From positions 1 to 54,525 of the IMG/VR virus record IMGVR_UViG_3300009181_001959: 54,525 nt of DNA; one strand, written 5' to 3'. The stretch is from a virus (Duplodnaviria > Caudoviricetes). The notes under the pieces are model-generated. The model saw only the letters and a list, made by a program, of their open reading frames with translations, ran no database searches and had not been told where the DNA came from. A program made the translations under genes and the position numbers. Each line of letters begins with the position of its first letter. The stretch's first letter is position 1. This document shows, piece after piece, positions 10,517 to 19,966 of this stretch.

Positions 10517-11079
10517 CTATCGTTTTTTCATTTGTAGGTAGAAAACGTCCTATTGATGAATGGGATTTTCTATTTAATGAGTTAGGTTGTACTAATGTGT
10601 CTTTTAAAGACGATGATAACACTTGGTATTTGGATCCTAAATTTAAAAATCAAATACAAGATAAATTAGATAAACACGGCCCGCCTGATATTTCTTTTGG
10701 ACAAAGTATGGGCGGCTGGGCCGCATTGTATTACCAACCCCAAATACAAGCAAATCAAATTATAGCATTTAACCCCCAAGCTACAACAATATCTAAAGAG
10801 GTTGAAGACATTGGTGGTGTAAAAGCAGACCAGTGGGCAATTGATCTTGAGAATATAAATGGATGCCGCTTGCCGTCACCAGATGGTAGAGCAACTATAT
10901 ATTTTGGAAATCATAAAGAGGATGGCCACGGTGATCACGGGCACAGACTTATTATTGAATCTGCTGGATATAAAACAACTATACTAAACACAATTAAACC
11001 ATGGTCTCATAATATTATTGGAATATTGCATCATGAAGGCCGATTATTGGATATAATGCATCAACATATTAAGACATAA
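10513..11079 (+). CDS. Alpha/beta-hydrolase-fold protein
   Basis: GQSMGG nucleophile elbow, AFNPQ, C-terminal His. Confidence 0.6.
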   Translation: MTIVFSFVGRKRPIDEWDFLFNELGCTNVSFKDDDNTWYLDPKFKNQIQDKLDKHGPPDISFGQSMGGWAALYYQPQIQANQIIAFNPQATTISKEVEDIGGVKADQWAIDLENINGCRLPSPDGRATIYFGNHKEDGHGDHGHRLIIESAGYKTTILNTIKPWSHNIIGILHHEGRLLDIMHQHIKT

Positions 11080-11825
11080 TGGAAAATGTGATTAAGAAAT
11101 TAGATGGATTTTCTGGAAGTAAGGTTTATTTGATTGAAAATTCAACTCATCTATTTGTTAGAAAAATTAATAATGTTGATAGAAATTATGAACGACTAAC
11201 TGTTTTAAAGGAACAAGGATTTAAAGTACCAACAATTTATAGTAAAATAGATTGTCAATTAGATATGGAATACATCCATGGTTTGGATTTAAAAACTTAT
11301 TTAAAATCTAGAACCCCAGAGCACTTGATTAATTTTATTAAAGAAACTGTTAATAGATTGTCTACAAATTCTGTTGAAAAAGATTATACTGATGTTTACT
11401 ATTCAAACTTAAAAAATATTAAACTTCACCCATTGATTCCATTTTCAATAGATGAGTTGATTGATAGATTGCCTAAAAAATTGCCACAATCAATGTATCA
11501 CGGCGATTTTACATTAGAGAATATTATATATTCAGATCTTGATGACTTTTATCTTATTGATTGTGTAACTACCACATACGATTCTTGGGTGTTTGATATT
11601 GCTAAGATGCGACAAGATTTAGAATGTAAATGGTTTGTAAGAAAAGAACATTTAAAATTAGATGTTAAATTGGAATATATACAAAATAAAATTTTAGATG
11701 AATTCCCATTAGCAAACAATGACTATTTGCTAATTTTAATGTTGCTACGTGTTTGGAACTACACTATTCCAAAAACTAAAGAACAAAGATTTATTTTAGA
11801 GAATATAATAAAATTATGGAAATAA
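11079..11825 (+). CDS. APH/choline-kinase-like phosphotransferase
   Basis: GFSGS loop, HGDFTLENI, LID, DIAKMRQDL. Confidence 0.75.
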   Translation: MENVIKKLDGFSGSKVYLIENSTHLFVRKINNVDRNYERLTVLKEQGFKVPTIYSKIDCQLDMEYIHGLDLKTYLKSRTPEHLINFIKETVNRLSTNSVEKDYTDVYYSNLKNIKLHPLIPFSIDELIDRLPKKLPQSMYHGDFTLENIIYSDLDDFYLIDCVTTTYDSWVFDIAKMRQDLECKWFVRKEHLKLDVKLEYIQNKILDEFPLANNDYLLILMLLRVWNYTIPKTKEQRFILENIIKLWK

Positions 11826-12838
11826 TTATACCCGCCGCAGGATTATCTACAAGATTTCCTAATATGCGTCCCAAATATACGTTAACTGACTATACGGGAA
11901 AAATGATGATTGAAAAAAGTATTGAACCATTTTTAAATAATTATAATATAACTATTGGTATTTTAAGAGAACACGAAACTGCTTACAATATAACTCGTTA
12001 TTTAAATAATGAGTTTCCTAATATAAATGTTGTTATTTTAGAAGAACGTACAAACGGTCCAGCTGAGACTGTATATAAAATTATTAAACAATCTAAAATA
12101 GATTTATCATCTGGTATTTTAATTAAAGATTGCGATAGTTATTTTAATCATGATATAAGTGATGGTAATTATGTATGTATTTCTACTATTGCTGAACATG
12201 AAGTATTAAAAAGATTATCATCAAAAAGTTTTATTATTTCCAACGATCAAGGAATTATTACCAACATTATTGAAAAAGAAGTAATATCAAATAAATTTTG
12301 TGTTGGCGGTTACAAATTTGAATCTGCAAAATTATTTTGCAATACTTTTGAAAATTTACAACATAGAGATGTAGGAGAAATATTTGTCAGTCATATAATT
12401 GAAGACTGTTTAAATAATCACAAAATATTTTTAGAAAAACACGTAACAGATTATATTGACGTAGGGACTGCTGAAGAATGGTTTTTGTTTAATGATAAGT
12501 CTTGCATTTTCTGTGATATTGACGGAACAATAATTAAAGCACAACCTAAAGGCAGTTATGGAGATGATCCATCTCCATTAACTGAAAATATAAAAAGAAT
12601 AAAAGCCCTCATAGACTCAGGATCTACAATCATATTTACAACAGCACGACCTAAAAAATATGATGACAGAACTAAAGAAATATTAATGTCTTTAGGATTT
12701 AAAGATTTTAATTTAATCAGCGGATTGCCAAATAGCAAACGAGTATTAATTAACGACTTTAATGAGGCCAATCCTTACCCAAGAGCTATTGCTGTTAACA
12801 TAAAAAGGAATTCAGATAATTTAAAGGATTATTTATGA
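11816..12838 (+). CDS. Sugar-phosphate nucleotidyltransferase fused to a HAD phosphatase
   Basis: IIPAAGLSTRF..PK, DCD, DVGT; C-terminal FCDIDGT, FTTAR, LIND. Confidence 0.8.
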   Translation: MEIIIPAAGLSTRFPNMRPKYTLTDYTGKMMIEKSIEPFLNNYNITIGILREHETAYNITRYLNNEFPNINVVILEERTNGPAETVYKIIKQSKIDLSSGILIKDCDSYFNHDISDGNYVCISTIAEHEVLKRLSSKSFIISNDQGIITNIIEKEVISNKFCVGGYKFESAKLFCNTFENLQHRDVGEIFVSHIIEDCLNNHKIFLEKHVTDYIDVGTAEEWFLFNDKSCIFCDIDGTIIKAQPKGSYGDDPSPLTENIKRIKALIDSGSTIIFTTARPKKYDDRTKEILMSLGFKDFNLISGLPNSKRVLINDFNEANPYPRAIAVNIKRNSDNLKDYL

Positions 12839-13605
12839 TTGCACTAATTTATAACGGCGATGTTAGGTTTAATCAAAATGTAGTTAAACAAAATCATCAA
12901 ATACTTATAGATAGATTAAAAGATTTTGGTGAGGTTACAACATATAATTTTACAAAAAATGACCCTAATAGACCAGTTTGCCCATATGATGAGGGTGGTT
13001 TAGATACAGCAGATCAAGGAACATATCGTCGAGCAGCCGGTGGCGCTGTACAAGTATGGGATTTTATTCAAAGTGTTGAAAGAACAGTAGAGCCTATTAT
13101 CATTAGAATGAGAACTGATTCGTGGTTTACTGATGACAGTATTGAAATTATTATAAAAGAAATGCAGGATATTGTAGATAAAAAAGCAGGAGTTTATTTC
13201 TTTGGGTCAGATTTAATTAATGACAATGCTGGTAGAAAATATAAAAAAACATACTTGTCACATGTTGATGAGAACAATATAATACCAAACACTGTACAGG
13301 ATTTTATTATTATAGGACGTAGAGAATGTATTATTAGTTTAGAAAAAATAAATGCAAAACTATCACAATTGAATGGAAATAAATTGCGAAGCGGTAATAA
13401 ATTATTTCGATGGGTTGTTGTTCAAAATAGTATTGCCGCAACAGTAATTTGCAATATATTTTTAATTAGAAAACATTTTAATTTATATCCTACAGATATA
13501 GAAATATATTGGGAATATATAAACAGTTATAATAACGGTAAAAAGCCAGATTTAATAGATCCAGCACTTGCGTATTATCATTCTTGGAAAGAGACTATCA
13601 AATGA
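12835..13605 (+). CDS. Hypothetical glycan-related protein (RxRxD motif), paralog 1
   Basis: MIALIYNG..RF, YNFTK, RPVCPYD, GAVQVWD, IRMRTD, QDF shared with the next ORF. Confidence 0.6.
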   Translation: MIALIYNGDVRFNQNVVKQNHQILIDRLKDFGEVTTYNFTKNDPNRPVCPYDEGGLDTADQGTYRRAAGGAVQVWDFIQSVERTVEPIIIRMRTDSWFTDDSIEIIIKEMQDIVDKKAGVYFFGSDLINDNAGRKYKKTYLSHVDENNIIPNTVQDFIIIGRRECIISLEKINAKLSQLNGNKLRSGNKLFRWVVVQNSIAATVICNIFLIRKHFNLYPTDIEIYWEYINSYNNGKKPDLIDPALAYYHSWKETIK

Positions 13606-14312
13606 TTGCAATCATTTACACAGGGTTTGATCGTTTTAGAGATGTTGTGCAATCAACGCATGACCGATTGTTTGATAGTTTAAGAGCTATAGACGAAATA
13701 CAAATATATAATTTTACCAAACCTAATAAAGATAGGCCGTTTTGCAAATACGACAAGCACGATGCACGTGGCGCAATTCAGTTATTTGATTTGATATGGG
13801 CGATTGATTCTATACCTGAAACATTTTTTATAAAAATTAGAACTGATATTTGGTTCACTGACGACGCAATAAAAGCAATTGTTGACGAGTTTCATAAAGT
13901 TAAAATGGGTGAGCAAGATATGTCTTTATTGGGCTGGCATTTTCATAGCTGGGATTTTAACCAACCTTATGGAAAAATGTCTGCGGCAGAAGCAGGAAAG
14001 CACACGCAGGATTTTGTTGTAATTGCTAAAAAAGAAACAATAGATACAACAGAAAATATCTTTGAAAAAATGGATATCAGAGAAAAGAGTGGAATTAGCG
14101 GACTATACACTGGAAATAACGTTATTAGATATATCATAAAAAATCTTAACAATGCATATACTGTTAAAACTCATATGTATCTAATTAGGGACGGCATAAC
14201 TACTAACAGTAATATTGATGAAATTGTTGCCGCGTATATGGCATCATACGGTGGCAAAGGCAAAGCTCACCCGTATCGAGATTGGTATAAAGCAAAACGA
14301 GGAATAAAATGA
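13602..14312 (+). CDS. Hypothetical glycan-related protein (KxRxD motif), paralog 2
   Basis: Start MIAIIY at 13602 (ATGA overlap); IKIRTD, QDF. Confidence 0.6.
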   Translation: MIAIIYTGFDRFRDVVQSTHDRLFDSLRAIDEIQIYNFTKPNKDRPFCKYDKHDARGAIQLFDLIWAIDSIPETFFIKIRTDIWFTDDAIKAIVDEFHKVKMGEQDMSLLGWHFHSWDFNQPYGKMSAAEAGKHTQDFVVIAKKETIDTTENIFEKMDIREKSGISGLYTGNNVIRYIIKNLNNAYTVKTHMYLIRDGITTNSNIDEIVAAYMASYGGKGKAHPYRDWYKAKRGIK

Positions 14313-14869
14313 CAACACTAATTAATGATGAATATAAGAAACAACTTCAAGAAATGCATCAAAAACCTAAAATGTTTTATAGAGGAACAAAGGTAGCATC
14401 AAAACTTGAAGATTTTCTTAAAACATATAATCCATCAAGTCTAATAGACTTTGGATGCGGCAAGGGTGATTTGCACAAACTATTAGGTGAAACGATCCCT
14501 AAAGTAACAGGATATGACCCTGGTATGCCTGAGTTTGAAAATTTACCTAACGATACTTATGAAGTATTAGTATCAACAGACGTATTAGAACATATTGAAC
14601 CAGAAATGATAGATGAAACACTTAAAGCAATTAATAATCTTTTTACAAAATCTTGTTATCTTTTAATTGCCAGTTATCCTGCTAAAAAGCATTTGCCAGA
14701 CGGCCGAAACGCTCATTTAATAATTGAAAGTTTTGATTGGTGGAAAAATAAATTAGAAACGTTTGTCAACGGAAAAATTGTTTATACAGTCAACACTCCT
14801 GTAGTAAAGACACCTAAAAGAGGTCCGTCATTACATGGACATGAATATATCTTTGTTATAGAAAAATGA
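14309..14869 (+). CDS. Class I SAM methyltransferase
   Basis: IDFGCGKG, GYDPG, STDVLEHI. Confidence 0.85.
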   Translation: MTTLINDEYKKQLQEMHQKPKMFYRGTKVASKLEDFLKTYNPSSLIDFGCGKGDLHKLLGETIPKVTGYDPGMPEFENLPNDTYEVLVSTDVLEHIEPEMIDETLKAINNLFTKSCYLLIASYPAKKHLPDGRNAHLIIESFDWWKNKLETFVNGKIVYTVNTPVVKTPKRGPSLHGHEYIFVIEK

Positions 14870-15543
14870 AATCAAACTACTACGACAAATCCGTACAACT
14901 TGGTACAGAGTTTCAAAAAAATAATCCTAAGAATTGGGCAGGATATGATGTGGTCAAGTATCAAGATCAAATCAAAGATCTAGTACAAAGATACAACGCT
15001 AAGACTATACTAGACTACGGTTGTGGTAAAGGGTTGCAATACACTGAAAAATTACCTTGGGGCATGGTCAACGGTGTTGAACTGCCCGTAGATCAATGGA
15101 CTACCTTTGACGAATGGCTAGGTGTTGAGGTATACAAGTACGATCCCTGTGTTCCAGGATTAGATGTACCGCCACCTGACAATATGAAGTTTGATGGTGT
15201 TATATGTACACAAGTGCTACAAACTATTCCAGATGCTGATATACCATGGGTATCACAAAAACTATTATCACATACTAACAAGTTTTGTTTTGTCAGTTTA
15301 AATTTCCAAAATGTTGCAAAAAAGAAAAAGTTCTTTTATGATCCTGAATTATTTAAAGAGCCACGTACAAGAGAGTTTTTTAAACAGTATTTTGCAAATT
15401 GGCCAAAGGAAAAATTATTTTGGTGGTGGAAAGATCGTATGCATTACACAGGATGGATTGATGATCAACTAACTGGCACTTGGACTGACTTACCAAAAGA
15501 ATGGGTTGGCAAGTATGCATACGTTGAAAGTATATACGGATAA
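14866..15543 (+). CDS. Class I SAM methyltransferase
   Basis: LDYGCGKG, YDP, FDGVICTQVL. Confidence 0.85.
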   Translation: MKSNYYDKSVQLGTEFQKNNPKNWAGYDVVKYQDQIKDLVQRYNAKTILDYGCGKGLQYTEKLPWGMVNGVELPVDQWTTFDEWLGVEVYKYDPCVPGLDVPPPDNMKFDGVICTQVLQTIPDADIPWVSQKLLSHTNKFCFVSLNFQNVAKKKKFFYDPELFKEPRTREFFKQYFANWPKEKLFWWWKDRMHYTGWIDDQLTGTWTDLPKEWVGKYAYVESIYG

Positions 15544-15546
15544 CAT

Positions 15547-15831
15547 ATGGGCGCACTTAAACCTGGAGCAACTTACATATACGAGCGAAATGGTGATGAG
15601 GTATATGCCCGCGAGTTTGGCGAAAAGGATCGTACATTGATTGGCTACAAATACGAGATGGAAAATAAACCAGACCCTCGCACCAATGACGGTAGGCCAC
15701 TACACGAACACATAATGGAAGACAAGATGTGGGGTGAGATTCGGAGAGAAGCACGAACCAATATCACTTTACAAAAGGCCCTGGATCGTGCTATAATGAT
15801 ATATAGGCTTAGCAAGGATAAACCATTATGA
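15547..15831 (+). CDS. Hypothetical protein
   Basis: 94 aa ORF in the operon, ATGA-coupled to the next gene. Confidence 0.7.
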   Translation: MGALKPGATYIYERNGDEVYAREFGEKDRTLIGYKYEMENKPDPRTNDGRPLHEHIMEDKMWGEIRREARTNITLQKALDRAIMIYRLSKDKPL

Positions 15832-16292
15832 GTAAGTTAGCACTAAAAGATATATTGGAAGCAGTGGATCAAGGCGGCAGAGATCTTTGGGATTTGTTTG
15901 ATGAAGAACAAAAGAAAGATGTGAAATTCTTCTTGCTTAATAGATATGTTAGTAGTGTAAGGACCAGCAACAGAGAAGTACAAGAACACTTTGTATTGGC
16001 CACAAATGAATATTTTAACAAGCATTGGAACTTGTTGTACAAACATCCAAAGCTGTTGTGGCAACTGCTGTGTTGCTGTGGTTATGAAAACAAACAGGCA
16101 TACTTTCATGAATGGATTGGCAATAAAAAGAAAGCTGGCGAAGGTAAAAAATTAAAACTACTACAAGAGATGTATCCCAGTAGAAAGATGGATGAATTAG
16201 AAATGCTAGCAGATATGATGACTACCAAAGAGCTAAAACATCTAGCAGAAGAACAATGTTGGGACGATAAAAAAATTGATAAGTTTTTCTAA
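15828..16292 (+). CDS. Possible clamp-loader small subunit (T4 gp62-like)
   Basis: FFLLNRYVS motif, WIGNKKK and size resemble the gp62 family; replication context. Confidence 0.45.
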   Translation: MSKLALKDILEAVDQGGRDLWDLFDEEQKKDVKFFLLNRYVSSVRTSNREVQEHFVLATNEYFNKHWNLLYKHPKLLWQLLCCCGYENKQAYFHEWIGNKKKAGEGKKLKLLQEMYPSRKMDELEMLADMMTTKELKHLAEEQCWDDKKIDKFF

Positions 16293-16990
16293 TGTTACAG
16301 TTAAAAGTGATTGATCAACCATACATTTGTGAACACTGCAAAAGTAAATTCTCTAAAGAAAAAACTTTAGTTGTGCATATGTGTGAACAAAAGCGTAGGC
16401 ATCTTGCCAAAGGTGAGAAACATGTTCAAATTGGATATCAAGCATATGTTAGGTTTTATCAAATAGCACAAAAGCAAGATAAGATTAAAACATATGATGA
16501 ATTTGCACACAGCTCTTACTACAATGCATTTGTTAAGTTTGGTAGCTTTGTTAGTAATGTCAATCCCCTATACCCAGATCAATACATTGACTATGTTGTT
16601 AAAAGCGGAGTTAGATTGGATCATTGGTGCAGAGATGGATTGTATGAACAATATGTGTTGCATTTGATTAAAACAGAAAGTGTTGAGACTGCTCTACAAA
16701 GAAGCATTGGCCACATGATGGAATGGGCAGACAATAACAACAGCGTGTGGCATCACTATTTTAATTATGTAAGTGTCAATAGAGCAGTATTTGATGTTAA
16801 GGATGGAAAGGTAAGTCCTTGGTTGTTGTTAAACTGTAGCTCAGGAAAGAAATTGTTATCCAACTTCAGTGATGAACAATTGGCAGCGATAAGTACAATG
16901 ATTGATCCGCCATATTGGATCAAGCAGTTTAAGAAGTTAAGTGACGATGTAGACTTAGTTAGGCAAGTTGCCAAGGAGTCAAACCTATGA
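16292..16990 (+). CDS. Protein with N-terminal zinc finger
   Basis: YICEHCKSKF...LVVHMC. Confidence 0.7.
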   Translation: MLQLKVIDQPYICEHCKSKFSKEKTLVVHMCEQKRRHLAKGEKHVQIGYQAYVRFYQIAQKQDKIKTYDEFAHSSYYNAFVKFGSFVSNVNPLYPDQYIDYVVKSGVRLDHWCRDGLYEQYVLHLIKTESVETALQRSIGHMMEWADNNNSVWHHYFNYVSVNRAVFDVKDGKVSPWLLLNCSSGKKLLSNFSDEQLAAISTMIDPPYWIKQFKKLSDDVDLVRQVAKESNL

Positions 16991-17157
16991 GTCCAGAACC
17001 AGTTCCACTAAACATGGAAGTAATAGTAAGTGAAGAAGACCTAGCAGTATATGTAAAGTTTACAGGATTTGATGATGTAGATTTTGCCAAGCAATGGGCA
17101 GATAGAATGGTAGATGAGTTACCATTAAAACTTTTTGAGTCAGAGATAAAACACTAA
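16987..17157 (+). CDS. 56-aa hypothetical protein absent from the ORF track
   Basis: MSPEPVPLNMEV...ESEIKH*; AGGAG RBS, ATGA and TAATG coupling at the two ends. Confidence 0.7.
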   Translation: MSPEPVPLNMEVIVSEEDLAVYVKFTGFDDVDFAKQWADRMVDELPLKLFESEIKH

Positions 17158-17735
17158 TGCCAGATATTGATATTGACTTTGCTGATAGAGATCTTGCTCT
17201 TAATAAACTAGAGCACGTTAAGGCCATGCGGCTTGCAGACTCGAGCCCAGTTGCACATGCCACAGGCATTTATGCACATCGTATTCCCTATGATCCCGTT
17301 AACAACATTGCGGGTATTGATTATAAAACAGCAGAAGATCGAGGTTATTTTAAAATAGACTTTTTAAATGTTGGTGTGTATGAACATGTACGAGATGAAG
17401 CGCATTTGATAAAACTTATGGAGACAGAACCATTATGGGATCTACTACAGGACGACAGTTTTACGAGTTTGTTGTTTCACATAAACGGGTATGGAGACTT
17501 GCTACGCAAGCAGAAGCCAACGAGTATCTTAGAACTGGCCGTGTGCCTAGCTTTGATCCGCCCAGGCAAGCGATACCTACAAGAGATGACGAAGATAGAT
17601 ATTATGGAACAGATATGGGAGAAACCAACGACTGGTGAGTACCATTTTAAGAAGAGTCATGCTGTGGCCTATGCCACAGCCATAGTGGTGCAGATGAATC
17701 AGATCTGTGAAAGCGTCAGTTACGGGTATAGTTAA
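17157..17735 (+). CDS. Miniature DNA polymerase III alpha (DnaE)-like protein
   Basis: MPDIDIDF, HATG, GYFKIDFL, ALIRPG, FKKSHAVAYA motifs in only 192 aa. Confidence 0.8.
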   Translation: MPDIDIDFADRDLALNKLEHVKAMRLADSSPVAHATGIYAHRIPYDPVNNIAGIDYKTAEDRGYFKIDFLNVGVYEHVRDEAHLIKLMETEPLWDLLQDDSFTSLLFHINGYGDLLRKQKPTSILELAVCLALIRPGKRYLQEMTKIDIMEQIWEKPTTGEYHFKKSHAVAYATAIVVQMNQICESVSYGYS

Positions 17736-18103
17736 CGTTTGCGTACCAGTTGAACGCTTTTTCGTTTGATGCGTCTAACTGATAAGTTTAGTAAATTAAC
17801 AACTGGTCCCAGTAATATACGCACATCTTTACTGTTAAAAGTCTTAATACAGTATCGAAAAGGTTCTATTTCACGGCGAAGAAATATGTTTATTGGGATT
17901 TGTCTGTTACTTTCCCACCACCATGTTTCACCTATTTCTAAAAATATGGTCTTTTCATCAGGCGTTTTAATAGCATCAATGTCGTAAAAGCTGGTCACGT
18001 ATTGATCCTGATTTATAATGATACCGACGTACTCTAACTCCCCGTAGTTAATGACGCTAATAAAGGGTAATTGTTGTTCTGTGGTCTGTCTTAGTTTAAC
18101 CAT
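17732..18103 (-). CDS. Hypothetical protein
   Basis: Likely start MVKLRQ at 18103; basic C-terminus. Confidence 0.65.
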   Translation of the reverse strand: MVKLRQTTEQQLPFISVINYGELEYVGIIINQDQYVTSFYDIDAIKTPDEKTIFLEIGETWWWESNRQIPINIFLRREIEPFRYCIKTFNSKDVRILLGPVVNLLNLSVRRIKRKSVQLVRKR

Positions 18104-18110
18104 ATAAATA
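18103..18110 (+). promoter_or_regulatory. T4-type late promoter TATAAATA
   Basis: Exact motif upstream of the GAGG RBS and the ATG at 18127. Confidence 0.6.
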
Positions 18111-18126
18111 TATGTTGAGGCTTCCA

Positions 18127-18960
18127 ATGCAAAAAATTTCAAGTTATTTATATTCAAATCGAATCCAACTCATGGCAGATGTGATAGTGTTGGACTCGGC
18201 CTACCCTGTGGAGTGGAAAATTGTGTACCAAAGACCAATAAAAATTTATAAAGGCGTGGACAACGTCATTGAACTAGATGTTAAGAACGCTGATCAAAAG
18301 CGCATAGACATTTACGGTAAGACAATCAAATTTGTAGTCATGGATCAAACTGATAAAGAAGTTAACACATACACTGCCACTGTGCTGGATGATGGCAGTA
18401 GTATAGGTGTTAAGGGGTTGGCCAAGGTAACGATCAGCGCCGCAGACACAACTGCATTGCAAGCACAGTATTTGAAGTTTAGTGTGTACATGCTCAACAG
18501 CAACTCAACCAAGACACTACTATATGGTGACTCAAGGTTTGGCGCACACGGCACACTTGAACTACTTGGTGGAGTGTTGCCAGTAACACGACCAATACAA
18601 CGTTACGATGACTTCCAACAAGAAACAAACTATCAGGGATTGGCCATATCAGATAGGATCATAACACACTACAGTAGCGCAATACCAGTTAAATATTATG
18701 AAGCAGTGCCAACTACCACTGTTGATGTATCTGTATCGGTAACTGGCTTTATTGGTTCCGTTACTATTCAAGCAACCAAAAATATTGTAACCGGACATGA
18801 AGCGTTCCTACATCCAATAACGATTCAAACTCAAACATTTACTACAGCTAGAAGTACTCCGGTGTTGTTTACCGACATTGATATAACTGACTACACTTAC
18901 ATACGAGTTAGTTACATCAAGACAACCGGAACTGTTGACTTTTTCACTGTAGCCAGTTAA
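18127..18960 (+). CDS. Beta-rich late protein, possibly virion structural
   Basis: Start MQKISS with GAGG RBS; Thr/Val-rich; late promoter. Confidence 0.6.
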   Translation: MQKISSYLYSNRIQLMADVIVLDSAYPVEWKIVYQRPIKIYKGVDNVIELDVKNADQKRIDIYGKTIKFVVMDQTDKEVNTYTATVLDDGSSIGVKGLAKVTISAADTTALQAQYLKFSVYMLNSNSTKTLLYGDSRFGAHGTLELLGGVLPVTRPIQRYDDFQQETNYQGLAISDRIITHYSSAIPVKYYEAVPTTTVDVSVSVTGFIGSVTIQATKNIVTGHEAFLHPITIQTQTFTTARSTPVLFTDIDITDYTYIRVSYIKTTGTVDFFTVAS

Positions 18961-18963
18961 AAT
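18935..18963 (+). promoter_or_regulatory. Sigma70-type promoter for primase
   Basis: TTGACT-17-TAAAAT; ATG 7 nt downstream, no SD. Confidence 0.6.
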
Positions 18964-18970
18964 AAGGCAT

Positions 18971-19966
18971 ATGAGCCTTATCGCTGACACACTACTAGCC
19001 TACTTACCTCCCAAGCGAAAATACACCCCTAGTGGGTGGATTAGTTTCAATGCGCCTTGTTGTGTACACAATGGCAATAACATTGACAAGCGTATGCGTG
19101 GTGGCTTTATTGTGAATGGTGGCGATGCTGTCAGTTATCATTGCTTTAACTGTGGATTCAAAAGCAGTTGGCAACCTGGAAGATTGGTTGGACCAAAACT
19201 TAAGAATCTAATGCGTTGGCTCAGTATCCCCGACGATCTCATTAACAAAATGGTATTTGATGCCATGCGTGTTAAAGAAGATTCTGAATTGGGAAGTAAA
19301 CTACAACTGGTACCCACATTCACTCCTAGAGCATTGCCCTTAAACAGTGAACCCATTGAACATTGGTTAGAAGGCAAAGTGAACAAACATCTAATGCCCG
19401 TGTTGGAATATATCAACAGTAGAGCATTATACTTGGAAGATTATCCATTTTATTGGAGCAATGATCTAGGATTTAGAAGTAGGCTCATAGTTCCGTTTTA
19501 TCATAACAAACAAATTGTGGGTTGGACTGCCCGTAGTGTTAATGGACAGACGCCCAAGTATCTAAGTGAGCAACAGCCTGGCTATGTGTTTAACCTAGAT
19601 AGACAGCACTGGGATCGCAAGTATGTTATAGTGTGTGAAGGACCGTTTGATGCTATCAGCATTGACGGAGTGGCCTTATTGGGCAGTGAGATCAAGCAGG
19701 GTCAACACTTGCTGATCAATCAACTACAGAGACAGATCATACTGGTTCCAGACAGGGATGCCGCTGGAGAGAAGACTGTGGAACAGGCAATTGAATTTGG
19801 GTGGAGCGTGAGTTTCCCACCGTGGCCCGAAGACGTTAAAGACGTTAATGATGCTGTCAGGATCTTAGGAAGACCAGCTACACTGTGGCTAATTATTAAC
19901 TCCGCAGTACAAACAGAACTTAAAATTAAATTACAATCAAGAAACTGGTTTAGGAAAGAACAATGA
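18971..19966 (+). CDS. DNA primase (zinc finger + TOPRIM)
   Basis: CCVH...HCFNC, VCEGPFDA, PDRDAAG, KDVND. Confidence 0.9.
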   Translation: MSLIADTLLAYLPPKRKYTPSGWISFNAPCCVHNGNNIDKRMRGGFIVNGGDAVSYHCFNCGFKSSWQPGRLVGPKLKNLMRWLSIPDDLINKMVFDAMRVKEDSELGSKLQLVPTFTPRALPLNSEPIEHWLEGKVNKHLMPVLEYINSRALYLEDYPFYWSNDLGFRSRLIVPFYHNKQIVGWTARSVNGQTPKYLSEQQPGYVFNLDRQHWDRKYVIVCEGPFDAISIDGVALLGSEIKQGQHLLINQLQRQIILVPDRDAAGEKTVEQAIEFGWSVSFPPWPEDVKDVNDAVRILGRPATLWLIINSAVQTELKIKLQSRNWFRKEQ

